Positions 46,540-58,923 of a DNA stretch of 64,000 bases are shown piece after piece. A model generated the notes under the pieces. That model saw only the letters and a program-made list of their open reading frames with translations. It searched no databases and had not been told where the DNA came from. This DNA comes from Basidiobolus meristosporus CBS 931.73 (taxonomy: Eukaryota; Fungi; Basidiobolomycota). The stretch's first letter is position 1. The number at the start of each line of letters is the position of its first letter. The stretch covers positions 1-64,000 of the forward strand of contig MCFE01000249.1 of the NCBI GenBank assembly GCA_002104905.1, read 5' to 3'. The position numbers and the translations under genes are program-made.

Positions 46540-49500
46540 TTAGAAGGTTTGACTGATTCGACTTCCCTGCTTGACTCTACTGAGACGCCATTCATTCGGC
46601 TTCTCATACTTATTGTAGAGTGGCTCGATCTTCTCCTGGCGCTTACGCTTACTAATCTTGTTAGCATCGGCAACCTTGAAGAAGGTTGGTGCAACTTCGA
46701 CCAACCATTTGGGCTCAATGGCAATGATTTCGCGCATGTATTCCTTCGTGGTCAAGACAAGTTCGTGGTAAATAACCCACTCGGGGTTCTTGTTGAAGAG
46801 CGAGCTGGAAGGATGGATGTAGACCGGCGTTCCTTCCACAAGCGTTTTGTAGCCCTCCTGCGGGTCCTTCTTCGCCGCATGACGGAAGAAACCGCCACAA
46901 ATCGCTCGTCGCACTTTGTTGTAATTCTTGCCGCAAGAAATGATATCCTGCTTGTATCGGTCCATGATTCCCAGTAGCTGTTTTCGAATATCTTGAGCCC
47001 TTTTCATCGTTCGAGCTTGAATGAAATTCTCAAAGCACCAAGCGTTCGAGAATCGGCTAGTTTTCCAGCCATTGTAGACTGTGAGCAGAGTAAGATGGTC
47101 GCCTTCAGGTTGGTGGAATTTGGCTTTCTTGGAATCGGCAAGTGCCTGTTTCTCCTTGGGTCGGTAAAATACGCTTTGAATGGAAAGCATAGCTACGACA
47201 GTGAGGATTTCGTCACTACAACCAAGATCAACGGACATGATAAGCATCTTCGCCAAAGGGGGGTCCAGCGGAAATTCCGCCATCTTTCTTCCAAGCCGTG
47301 TCAGTAGGCCCTCATTGTCCAGTGCGCTAAGGGCATAAAGTTGCTCCAACGCGGTGATCAATGTTTGCACCGGTGGTGGGTCCATGAAATCGAAATGAAT
47401 AAGATCATTGATACCCATGGCCTTCAGTGTGAGTACCGTATTGGATAAATTTGTTCTTTGGATTTCCGGAATACTGCTGGGCAACATTTCATTACGGAAG
47501 GCCGCTTCGGTATACAGGCGATAGCACTTTCCAGGCCCGGTACGTCCGGCACGACCAGAACGCTGTTTGGCCTGGGCTTGGGAAATGGGTGTCACCACAA
47601 GCGAGTCCATACCGAGTTTGGGATCATACGCGTTCTGCTTGACGAAGCCTGGATCAACCACGTAATAGATACCGTCAATCGTGATGGAGGTTTCAGCAAT
47701 ATTTGTGGCAATGACCACCTTTCGGCTGCCGGGTGGAGCAGGCTCAAAGATCTTGGACTGCATTTCACTTGGAAGCGCGCTATACACCGGTAGAATGATT
47801 AGCTCGGGAACCATTGGGCCGAGCGCTTTCATGCGCTCGAACAGAATCTCCGAGGCCGTGTCAATCTCTTCTTGACCGGTAAGGAAAAGAAGAATATCAC
47901 CGGGTGGTTCGGTAAGATGGATCTGCATTACGGTGACCAGTGACGCGTCCAGGTAGTCGTTTTCAGGCTCTTTGGTATAGAGAATCTCGACGGGGAAGGT
48001 TCTGCCAGGGATGGTGAAAATGGGGCAGTTGAAGAAGAACTGAGAGAACTTTTCAGCATCGAGCGTAGCACTGGTGACAATCAGCTTAAGGTCAGGCCGG
48101 ATGGTCAAAGTTTTCTTGAGTAGTCCAAATAGCACATCCGTATGGATGGTACGTTCGTGGGCTTCATCCAGTATGATCATGGAATATTGCGAGAGGTTGG
48201 GGTCAATCAAACACTCTCTGAACAGCATACCATCCGTCATGTATTTGATCTTGGTCTCTGGGCTGGTGCAATCTTCAAAACGAATAGAATACCCCACCTC
48301 TTGACCTAATCGACAACCGACCTCTTCAGCCACACGTTTGGCAACTGACATGGCGGCAACACGACGTGGCTGTGTACAGCCAATTCTTCCTCGATCGGCA
48401 AACCCTTCTTCCGCAAAGTACTGTGTCATTTGGGTGGTCTTTCCAGAGCCAGTGTCGCCAACAACAACCAACAGTTGATTTTCATGGACGGCGTTGATCA
48501 AACTTTGACGTAGTTTGAAAATGGGCAGATTCTCTCTTTGCTCTTTGATGGAGAGGTCGGTGATTCTACCGAAGGAAGTTGCCTTGTTGAATGAGGATTT
48601 CTTCCATTCCGGTATTTCGGCTGCCTTGGAGCTCGCTGCCATACCTCTTAGATCTTGTGCGAAATGTCGCTCTTGGTTCTCCGCCATAGGATCGTTCCAG
48701 GCAGTGTTCAAATCCTTAGGCACGCTATCGTACTCCGCTTGAGCCTGCTGTTGTCGAAGGTCCTTTCTTTCTTTTGCTAGTGAGGCACCAGCCATTGCAG
48801 CTCTGTTCATACTGCCATCAGGGGCTTTAACAACTTTCAGAGGGCTAAGCTGCAAAGTTTGCTTTGTCTGTCCTTTCAGGAACATGGGTTCATCCTCTCG
48901 GAGTTCAATATCCAACTCCTCTTCAGCTTCTTCACCTTGCGCCAAGCCTTGATCGTCATCGTAGTTTGGATATTCGGAAGGATCCAGAACACCCGCGGCA
49001 ATTAGTTGTTTAATCTCCCAACGCTCAGGTGAGGTTAATCGTTTTCTGGCTCTGCTATTACCATCGCTATCATCAATGATTGGAACTTGGTTCAGAGGGC
49101 GATCAGGGTTGCGCATCGATTCTTCCACAATCTCTTGTTCACTTCGAATTGTTAGATGTGGTGACAAGTCTTTTCCGGTCACTTGATCAACATCTTTCAT
49201 GGACAGCCCAATGCGTGAACCCGCGATAGACATCACCTTGACTTTCACCCTTTGTCCACGCTCAACAACATCCGAGGGATGGTTCACACGCATACCGGAT
49301 GACAAAGAGCTGACATGCACCATTCCTTCTGCCTTTGGCTTTACATTATCAAGGGCTACGAATGCACCGAAATCCCGCATGCCAGTGACTCTGCCGTCAT
49401 AGATCTTGTGTAAAATAGGCTTATCATCGAATCTGCTCGACTTTCTGTAACTATCTTTACTACTTTGTCCACGATACGAGCTACGGCCGCGCGAGTTGGA

Positions 49501-50194
49501 CCTTGAACGGGATCTATAGCGACGATCGTGTCTTCTCTCACGACTTCCGCTTCTTCTTCTATATGAAGGGCTTCTGGAACGAGAGCGGCGTTCATTTCTG
49601 TATGGACTACGTTCCCTGCGTTCACTAGATGACTTGTGAGATTCTCTCTTGCTTTTAGCCAAGTTCTCGAGATCTTCCAGCTGGTTCATGGCTTCCTTCG
49701 CGGTCTTAACATCCTCCTCTCTTTGCTTGACCTAGTAAAAAGTTTGAAATGTTCAGGTTATGAGTCACGAATGGAAAACACGTGGATAAATACCCAATCC
49801 GGATTGTCAGGAAGGGAAAGTCCAGGAAACTCCACGGCACGTCTTTGAATCTCCTCCTCGTCACGTTCGAAGTTCGAATCCTTGCTGTCGTTGGCCTTCT
49901 TTGGTTTCATCTTGTTAATTAAGCGATCCAAATTTTCTATGAAGGAGTCAGGGAATTCCGCGCCATTGCTGTGCAAAGTTTGTCTGAATTCCAGAAGATT
50001 TTTGCTCGATTCGTGAAGGTGAATAATGAACTCGGCTAGATATAAAGGATCAGTATCAAGCGTCGTGATCTGAAAAAAGCGCAAGCCAATAAGTGCATAC
50101 CTAGAGTTTTGTCAGTGATACCAGTGTGGTTGTATAACTCGTTGGTGATCTTAGACACCAACGAGAGGTACTCCAATTTCTCTATTCCATCCAT
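46540..50194 (-). CDS. PRP22: DEAH-box splicing helicase Prp22/DHX8 (3 exons)
   Basis: [18 protein letters not shown]-rich segment, S1 domain, [37 protein letters not shown], ends EWRLSR. Confidence 0.97.
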
Positions 50195-50546
50195 GATCTA
50201 CACTTGTAGTAGAGATGTACAACACACCTGTGCCAGCAAGTAATCCGTTAACCATCTGCAATTTCCGCTTAACCCACGTGATCCGGAGGTTCTAGGTTTT
50301 TTTCACCTCCTTAACGGGCTCAATAGGGACATCGGCATTGCGGTAAGAAAACGATTAGGAACATGATTAGGAACACGATTAATATCCATGAGAATGATCT
50401 TGCGAGATATCTCCAATCGAACCTTCAGATGGGACATTTGAAAAAATTTGGTCTCCGGGTGAGGATAAGCTTTTTCACTGGCATCATTGAATAGACACAG
50501 TTCTCAACTTGTTCAACGAAACAGAACTCCTGCTAACTACTGAAAA

Positions 50547-51179
50547 ATGGTAAACCTGCCCGACTCTTTTGTACTGAACCGTGAACTATTTCTTACTCAG
50601 AATAATTGCCCAGGCTGCCAGAGTTATCGCTCAACTGATCGTTATGGGTTCCCAGATTGTGGGCAAGGCATTCGTTGCTGCCTACAAGCAAGCCGCTGCC
50701 AGTATGTCACCTTCACAATAGTTGGATAGTGTTAATAGAAGTATAACTTAGCGACTAACTCTACGAATAGACGCTGCCCGCGGTGGCGGAGCCGGTGCCG
50801 CTAGTGCCAAAGGATCTGCTGAGGCTGCCACCAGAAGAGGTGGGATGACCCTCGATGAAGCTTGTCAGATTTTGAACATCAAAAAAGAAGCCGAGCTTGC
50901 AGACATCGTCAAGGTAACATTCGGAACGGAATTCCCGACGACCGTATTTGAGGGTTCTGACATTTCAATTCACAGAGTTACGAGCATTTGTACAAAGTAA
51001 ATGATGCCTCGGTAAAGGGAAGCTTCTACTTGCAGTCCAAGGTCGTTCGCGCCAAGGAGCGAATCGAACTGGAGCGAGGGATAAAAATCGCGGCGGAGAA
51101 ACCTGCCCAGGCGGAAGGAGAAGCAGCTGCCAAAGCCACGGAAGGTGCATCTCGGCCGGAACCACCCCAACAGCAGTAA
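50547..51179 (+). CDS. PAM16: Mitochondrial import motor subunit Pam16/Tim16 (4 exons)
   Basis: [56 protein letters not shown]. Confidence 0.93.
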
Positions 51180-51482
51180 CTTATGATCAGTTATATTCAT
51201 CTTTTTATTTACATCTTCGCATTCACGTTTCATGTCCTCCTTGAGCAAATAAATAATTTCGATATAGACTAACCGTTTCACCTGATTTTGGCAACCATCG
51301 TTCCTTCCCCACCCAGCTTCACTCCTCCCGGGTAGACATTTAATTCTTTTATTTGAAGCAAAATACATATTACGGGCACCGAATGGAAAAATACAAAATT
51401 AATGGCACATCGACCGAATAAGTAGGAGATATAGTAGGCAGGACATTGCCGAGAGATGAGGCTAAGTGCTGATCGCGTTCCA

Positions 51483-54400
51483 TCATAAAAACCCGCTTTC
51501 GTGAAGCAAGCGGGCGATCTTCTCATCCTCACGCTCTCTTGGCTCCATGCTCAGACTGGTATTGTAGAGATCCTGGACGTCGCGACTTCCTTGCAGACAG
51601 GTGCGGATGAAGTTTTGCAATTCTGGGACAGGAGTGAGGTTGTATGGGGAGTTCTGGTATTGCTGAATCTCTCGAATCACCTCGGCGCATTTCGCCCGTT
51701 TGGCAATATTGATCAGGTGGGGATGGTTTGGTACATGGTCCGGGTTTCCATCCTCAACGAAGGTCAGGTCAGTCAAATAGAGGCCTAGGTTATGTGATCA
51801 TTAGTAAGACGCGGCGCCAGTTCAGGGAAACTTGCTCACATACCCAGGAAGGGCACGCATGGTGGATTGACGGAATGCAGCTCATCTCGATAAACACCGA
51901 AGTTCCTTGTGGAGCTCATAAGCTTTTTCAGGCTGTCCAGTGTAGCGGTGGATTTACTGTTGACGAGCTACAATGTGGTGAGATACGGGTTGTGCATGCA
52001 TATGTGTACGGTAGATAAACGAGATACCTCCCAGGTCCTCCTTAGCCGATGGATAGGTGCGGAGTTGAATCCTGCGAGCACAGCGGTCAGAGTATTGTAG
52101 TTGTTCAGTTGGCGACATCGCTGAGCTTAGTTAGAAGTTGTCTCCAATGTTGCAAAGTGCTAATGAAGTCTCACCTCTCCAATGCTAATGAAATGCTTGA
52201 TCAGAGCAACACGCTTCCTTGGCTCATTCTCCGAAAGGATGGTTTCCGCTACCCAATTGGTAACCTTTCCCCAAAGAAATGTAAGTAGAGGGCATTGGTG
52301 CCAAGCTACGGGGGCATTACCTGGTTAGAAACTTCGATCATAGCCTTAATATTGACCGCAATCGAACCATCCTTCTGGCTCCACGCTTTGTTTAAACACT
52401 CGACCGGTCTGATGCGATTGTACATAGCCGAGTCCATCACCGTAAATTGCCTGGCCAACTCTATGGGGTCGATTTCCAGTAGCCGGAGTCGCTTTAGGTT
52501 TTTGGGCAATATGGGGGGTGGGGCTTCTTTGTTCATGTTCAATACCATTTTGCGGAAGCTTCCATCAAACGATGATTGCATCTAGAGAAATCCAAGTCAG
52601 CTATTGCCGTCAAAGTTGCGGTCGAAACAACACCAACCCTCTTATCGATCAGTTTCAATAGCTGCTTGGCAGCAAACGGAAGGATATCCATCATGTTAGC
52701 TTCGGCAAAGTCACGTAACATCTCGAGAGCTGAATAATCCTCGCCCTCAAGGTAGTAGCTCTCAAGCCAACTTTTGATTACGTTGAACACCCTGAAAGCG
52801 GTCGTGATTTTAGCAATCAAGAAATCTAACATGATATGTTATGACTCCATACCGAAGGCGAACCGGGACGAGTTTCTTCTCTTTCCAAAGCTCGAACTCT
52901 GGATCCGAAAGGCCTGAGGGTGGCTGTAAATTGAAGCGTTGAAAGAGCAGCTCAAAGACATCCTCGGTGGAGGAGAATGAACGATAGGTTAACAGAAAAG
53001 TGGCGATGAACGCCGAATCTAAATTTGTTCTGGAGTTTAGTAAACTGGTTACACAACCATAGAACAATATGCAGCTTACCTAACAAGTCGTGCAGAGTCA
53101 ACCGCTCCACCAGGGAAACAAGCGTGCCACCTTTAACTTGGCCTTCCATGTTAAAAGCAACGTCCGCCTGAGCATATTCATAACCGAGGAACCAAGGTTT
53201 TTCTTCAGTGGGATTCTTCTCAATCATGAGGTTGGGTGCATCGTCTCCAAAGAACTTCTTCAGCTTCTCTTTCTGCTTCGACTTCACAGGTGCCTCTCGT
53301 TCGTTGTCGTCAAGGTCCTCCTCTTTGGTGTCGAATTCATCATCATCCGACCCGTAATCGTTTGTGGGGGATAGAAGCGCAGGGGTTTTTAAATTCAAGT
53401 GTTCTTTGTCATCACCGATATCGGCGTCATCCTCCACTAGAGAAAGGGAGACCGCGCGGCGTTGTTTTAGTGGGGAGCTGGTGGAGTCGAACGGATTTAA
53501 AGAGTTGTATTTTTCGATCAACATGGCTCGTTCGACCTTCTCTTTTTCGTTGATCACAAACTTGACCGCCACAATCAGATCGGTAACGGATGCCTCAATC
53601 TGCCTTCCACAGTCCACTAGCTGTTCCACAATGCTAGAAGGCACTGTAGGCTCAGCAGACTTTTGGGTGATCAATACCAGAAGTGCAATGTTATTGTAGA
53701 TGGATTGCTTGCTTTCTCTAAACCCACGAGCCACCTTCTCATCCACCCCAGACACAGACACGTTATCTGCCAGTGTCAGCGGTTGTGCAATATCTATGAT
53801 TGCTTGCTTGGTAAGGCCCACCAGTTGGTCAAGCTTAACGTTTGATGTGGATAAGTACTGTGTTAGCTTCTTCATAGAATTCGCAGTGATCCGTGAACAA
53901 GTAGCAAGCTCAGACCGGATATCAGAGCTATAGCTGGGCTTATCAATAAACGTGTCCATGTTTGAGCTTCCATCGCCGATGGTGTCGGAATCGACGGTGC
54001 TTCCTCCATTGATGGACCCTTCAGTTTCGTAGTCCTCCAGTGAATCCACATTCAAAAGATTCTTCACGGGTATAGAGCTTGCTTGTGCCACAGTGGCAAA
54101 ATGCCGAACAGCCAACAGCAAATCGTTGGCATCCTGTTGCATGTCGCTCACTGAACTCGGGGCTGGCCAGAGGCTAGATGCTAGCTGGGCAGACTCCACG
54201 AGTTTACACAGTGAACTAAAGATTTGTTGGTGATGCATAGCAAGGATTGGATGCCCGTTCAGGACCTGGGAATCCATATTTTCTGTTTGAGAGCAAACAA
54301 ACATCACTCGAACCGCCTCGATAATGTCGGACGTTTGCTCTATGAAATGTTCTTTGAGATTTCGCTTTGCGGAGTTGTTTAAACGGTGGATGGTCGTCAC

Positions 54401-55501
54401 CACTTTGGAGCTTAACCTTATCCAGCTCAGCTCGCCGCAATCGTCGAATTCTTCGATGGATTCCATGAGGCCTGATGGTCGGCGGCTTGGGTTATGTTTG
54501 GCAGCAATGGCACGTGACCATGAGGAATCCCCAGTCATGGATGATTCTGAAGATGAGGCAGACGCCATGGAGCCTCTTTTGAGCTCGTTCTGATTAGAAG
54601 CACGCTAAATAGATCCAGGTGAGTGTTGGGAGAGGAAGGGGTCAGAAAACTCCGGCATGCGCCTTACCAGCAAGCCCGTATCCCAATCCACATCGCTTAA
54701 TTTCCACGCAGTTTGATCAGTGACCATGTTGAAGTAGTAAGTCCGGCCATCGACATGTTCTTTCTGGCCCCAATTTGGAGGCAGCTACAAGATGATACAC
54801 GCTTTGTTAGTGAAAGGCACCGAATATGATTTCTCTCATACATCCACCTGCTCGTCACCAGTCATCACGTATTTACGATAAAATGTATCTGCGTTGCTTC
54901 TACTGGACAGCTCCGTGGAGTGTATATTCTCACTAGAGCCATCTTCATTATCAATTGCCTCTTGATTAGGAGGCGTTCCGGGGTAAGACCACCTTGCCTC
55001 TTTGGTAACCGGATTATAGTACCAAAAAGCTCCATCGTCCGAGGTTTGAATGGTCCAGTGCTCAGGAAGTTGAATATCGTCAGCCGTCCCTACAGTACCT
55101 ACAGAGAAACTTCGAGTGGTCTTCATCTCTGGAGGTGTGGGTTCAATACTCTCTTCGGTTGACTTGGTCAATAGGTCGTCTTCATCCAGACTGGAGGCCT
55201 CGCTCTTCTACAGAAAATAGTGGAACCAACAAGAGTTTAGTCCAGGGCAACGCTGATAATTCCGGAACCCAGATAGGCGGCGAGCCAACCGGAGAAAGCA
55301 GTGGTAATGGAATGGACTTACTCGAGGCTCTAGTGTATGCACAAAATTTGAAGGGAACCAGCCTCTTTCGCCGTTACACAAACCATCCCACCAACCAGAA
55401 GATTGTTGATCTATTACTTGGATTATCTCGCCTTTTTTGAATTTCAGACTAGAGGAGTCTGAAGAGTCAAAGTCATATAGTGCCCTAACTACAGTTGTCA
55501 T
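51483..55501 (-). CDS. Cdc25-like Ras GEF with SH3, two WW, REM and RasGEF domains (multi-exon)
   Basis: VRALYDF..GWWDG..GWFPSNFV (SH3); LPEHWTI..WYYNPVT..RWSYP and LPPNWGQ..TYYFN (WW); GGTLVSLVERLT, FLLTYRSF, ELARQFT, CLPFLG-type catalytic domain. Confidence 0.92.
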
Positions 55502-56344
55502 GGGGTCAGAGTAACAGAAATGTGATGACAACGTTCAAACACGCGGGCAAACAAACAGTTAGGGTTGGTTGAAACGGGAGGAATTGAATTTGAGGAAAAC
55601 AGGGGAATTAGAGTTGGGGAATGACAAGCGGTTCGCCGGTATTCTCACAGGTGGGGAAGAGCCAGCAGAGACTGAGGAAGTATATCGGCTCACTCTTTCA
55701 GTGTGGTTGCAAAAAGTTTCGAACTCTATTGCATCCAGAGTTGGTGAAGATAAGTCGCAGGAGAAATTGAGATCCGCCATATGATATATGAAGCGGAGAG
55801 TATAATTAAGAAAATCGAGGCTATTGGCTGGTGGGAATTGGGCATTAGGAGTGAACTCCATTAATTTCGGGGTTTGAGACTGTTTCAATCTGGTGAGAAA
55901 ATAAGCCAAAGTTGAACATGAGAAGGAGTAAAACAGCGGAATTCTAATCTAGCTATGTATGGGAATTACCCCTGCTCGCTTACTCTCTCAACTCAGACTA
56001 AATAGTACAATGGACCGTGATTAGTCTCAGTAATAGGGCTCCAATGCTCTTATAAATGACCCACCTGGCACCATTGGCTCAACGGGGGATGTTGCCATAC
56101 CTGTTGCCATACCAAAATGTATTGATTTAATTGTGGTACTAAATAAGGGCAATTTAAGAATTGCTGAAGCTTGTGTCTAGCTAAGCCAATTCCAAAGCAA
56201 TCGTTCTCTTTTTCCTCAGCAGAATATTCAGGATTTGCTTCCCAACACTCTTTAGTAACCTCATCGTAGCTGAAGTCGAGTTCGACTCAAATAGGGGCTT
56301 TTCCTGTAGATTAGCTGTATTCTCTCAACCTCCATAGTCGCAAC

Positions 56345-58159
56345 ATGCCAGCCATGAACGATGTTTCCGAAGTCGAACTACTTTCCCATGACTCAGCAAA
56401 ACTGCAGTCCAAAATTCAACCAGTAATCAACACCAAATGTCGCTCCGCCTCTTTGTCGTCTTCTCGTCGACCAACATCCCTCTCTCAAAGTACCTCAGGG
56501 GTGGACCACAGCCCTGCACGGCTTTCTCCTTCAATGTCACCCTCCACTTCCTCGGTCAGTTCACCCTGTCTTTCGGGAGATGAAACCGACCACATCCCAA
56601 CAAAAGAGGAGCCACTCGAATACCAAAGTTGTGCCTGCGCTGTGATATTTTCTGGGAATAGCCCCACATGTAGCCAGTGTGGGAAAGTGTTTGGACAGCT
56701 TAGGGAGCTTCAGATAGAACGACTACGGCTTTTGGACGAGTTGGATACGTTGAAGAGCCGCTACGAGCTGGATGCGGAAGAAATACAATCGCTTAAAAGA
56801 GAGACAGAGCGTATGAAACTGCATATCAAAGATCTGCAGGCAAATCTTACGCTGAAGAGTGAAAAGTGTATTTCTCTCGAGCAAGATGTCACCGCGCTAA
56901 ATTATAAATATGTCAACGAGATTGAAAAGGTCGCCGAGTTGAATATCGCAAAGCAGCTGGTTGAGGGTGAATATGCGGAGCTAAGCAGATCCCTCTTTGA
57001 AGAGGCCAACGGGATGGTGGCTTCAGAGGCCAGACAGCGCTACGAGCTTGAGCTGGCGTGCAAAAATCTCAAGAAGCAGTTGGATGACACGAATGAAAGA
57101 CTCAACAATGAGACACAGCAGCTCAAGGAGCTGAAGCAAAAGCTTCAGGAGTTCCTTGTCGATCCTGAATCCGCACACTTGACGAATGGCTCTAGCCGGT
57201 CCAGAAACCTTTCTATTCGCTCGGTCTCCTCGGTCGAATCCGGCCTGGGTGGAGAAACCCACGAAGGCGAAAGTGACCATGGGGACCAAATCAAGCTATT
57301 GGATGAATTTGAGACTTTCTTGGCGAAAGTGAGTAATCCTAGGCTAACTCGTATTTACGCCATTCCGTTCATGAAATACTGTCTTGAGGAAGATGTTGAG
57401 CCTTGTCTTCGTCTTGGGAGCATGTCACGTTACTCACCCAGAAAATTGGCGGATGCAGTGTTCGCCAACACACTGACTATTGAGGAAGCACCCCCGACAG
57501 TAGCTCAAACAGAGCCACCACCTATGCAGCCGTCTCCCAAACTACCCCCGCCTAAGCAATCACTAATCTGGGATCGGATAAGTGGAGTGCATCTAGGCAG
57601 CACCAAAGGATGCCAGGCCTGTGGTCGCGAAGGGCACTGTCAATTCCGGTTCCGAATTTCCAATAACGATGAATGGGTGATCATTGATAGCTACTGCAGG
57701 GACCGCCTTGTAGCAGCCTGTGAATTCTATGTCTTCATCCGAAATGTCCGCTTAGGGCTGTTCAATCATCGTAATATAGATGTTCTCTGGATGGAATCGC
57801 TCAGGTTACGCATCCAGATGTTCTTTGCAAGGATTGGTTTACTGAAGCATATGACCGATGTCCCTCAAATCGATTCGGAAAAGCTACACATCTACTCTCG
57901 AAAGGCCACCACCGCCGTTGACCGCACCATCATCTCAACTGGATCCTCCGAAAACCTAAGCATGAGTGAGGAGATTCCTGACCAAACCACCACCGGTCTC
58001 CGGGTTCGTAGCTTTTCTCTCTCCAAGATGGAGCGGCTGAAACCCCTGTTCAAGCGGTTTTCCGGTGGCTTCGACGAACAGCAAGCTAGCAAGATCGAAG
58101 GGAAAGATGAATCTCCTGTTGAGCAATCAACATTGACTGGAGAGGACAATGCTGTATGA
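56345..58159 (+). CDS. SEC2: Sec2-like Rab guanine exchange factor, 604 aa
   Basis: Long coiled coil with EGEYAELSRSLFEEANGMVA, EEDVEPCLRL, and YCRDRLVAACEFYVFIRNV. Confidence 0.85.
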   Translation: MPAMNDVSEVELLSHDSAKLQSKIQPVINTKCRSASLSSSRRPTSLSQSTSGVDHSPARLSPSMSPSTSSVSSPCLSGDETDHIPTKEEPLEYQSCACAVIFSGNSPTCSQCGKVFGQLRELQIERLRLLDELDTLKSRYELDAEEIQSLKRETERMKLHIKDLQANLTLKSEKCISLEQDVTALNYKYVNEIEKVAELNIAKQLVEGEYAELSRSLFEEANGMVASEARQRYELELACKNLKKQLDDTNERLNNETQQLKELKQKLQEFLVDPESAHLTNGSSRSRNLSIRSVSSVESGLGGETHEGESDHGDQIKLLDEFETFLAKVSNPRLTRIYAIPFMKYCLEEDVEPCLRLGSMSRYSPRKLADAVFANTLTIEEAPPTVAQTEPPPMQPSPKLPPPKQSLIWDRISGVHLGSTKGCQACGREGHCQFRFRISNNDEWVIIDSYCRDRLVAACEFYVFIRNVRLGLFNHRNIDVLWMESLRLRIQMFFARIGLLKHMTDVPQIDSEKLHIYSRKATTAVDRTIISTGSSENLSMSEEIPDQTTTGLRVRSFSLSKMERLKPLFKRFSGGFDEQQASKIEGKDESPVEQSTLTGEDNAV

Positions 58160-58923
58160 TTTTCGATGTATTTGTACGATTGGGGATTCGCTCCATACTC
58201 CCCGCCACTGTCTGTTACTACATTCTAATTCGTAACATAACGTAACTGGCTGGCTGGCTGACTGATCCATACCCCGCTACCGACATTCTAACGCATATCC
58301 TACCGATTAGCTCTCTAACGCTCATTGAATTAACTCAATTTTGTTCTTCCTCAGGAACCCCCTCCCTCACTGGTTGTTATCATATACATTACTCAATTTC
58401 TCTTGGTCTGAATAAATACTCTATTTTCCAAACTATGCACGGATAAAACTGCAGTGTAACCCTTCTCTTCCACGCGAATGTTACGCCGATTCCCTAATGG
58501 GTTTCCCTCGGTTGCTATGGCATTTTCCGAGGCTTCATTGGTGTTCACATTACACAAGCTGGCAATAATCCGTGGTGGACATCTTCGTTTCCATAAAAAA
58601 AAAAATGAATCTATTATATGCGTTTCGAGGTTTACATATAAGCACTTGTTTGGGGGAAGATATATGGCAAAAGGAGAAAAAGAGGGGTCTATATATACAA
58701 AATAAAGAAACCAAGGGATGAAAGAGGCGTGGATAGCTTTTGTGCACTCAAAATCGAACTACCTAAATTGATATGTATATGAAAAGAAGAAATGATCCCT
58801 TCCCAAGGAAAGGTGATATATCGAGGTGTAACCTCTCCCACTTCGGATTTGGGAAAAAATGTTGAGCTGTTGATGGCCTCATCTAGATTTCACAAGATGT
58901 GTTGGCTTCTGATTCAGATCCCA

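Noticed and set aside
49860-49880. GTTCGAATCC tRNA T-loop-like motif
   Set aside because: Inside a PRP22 coding exon with no cloverleaf; no tRNA or rRNA gene was found anywhere in the window.
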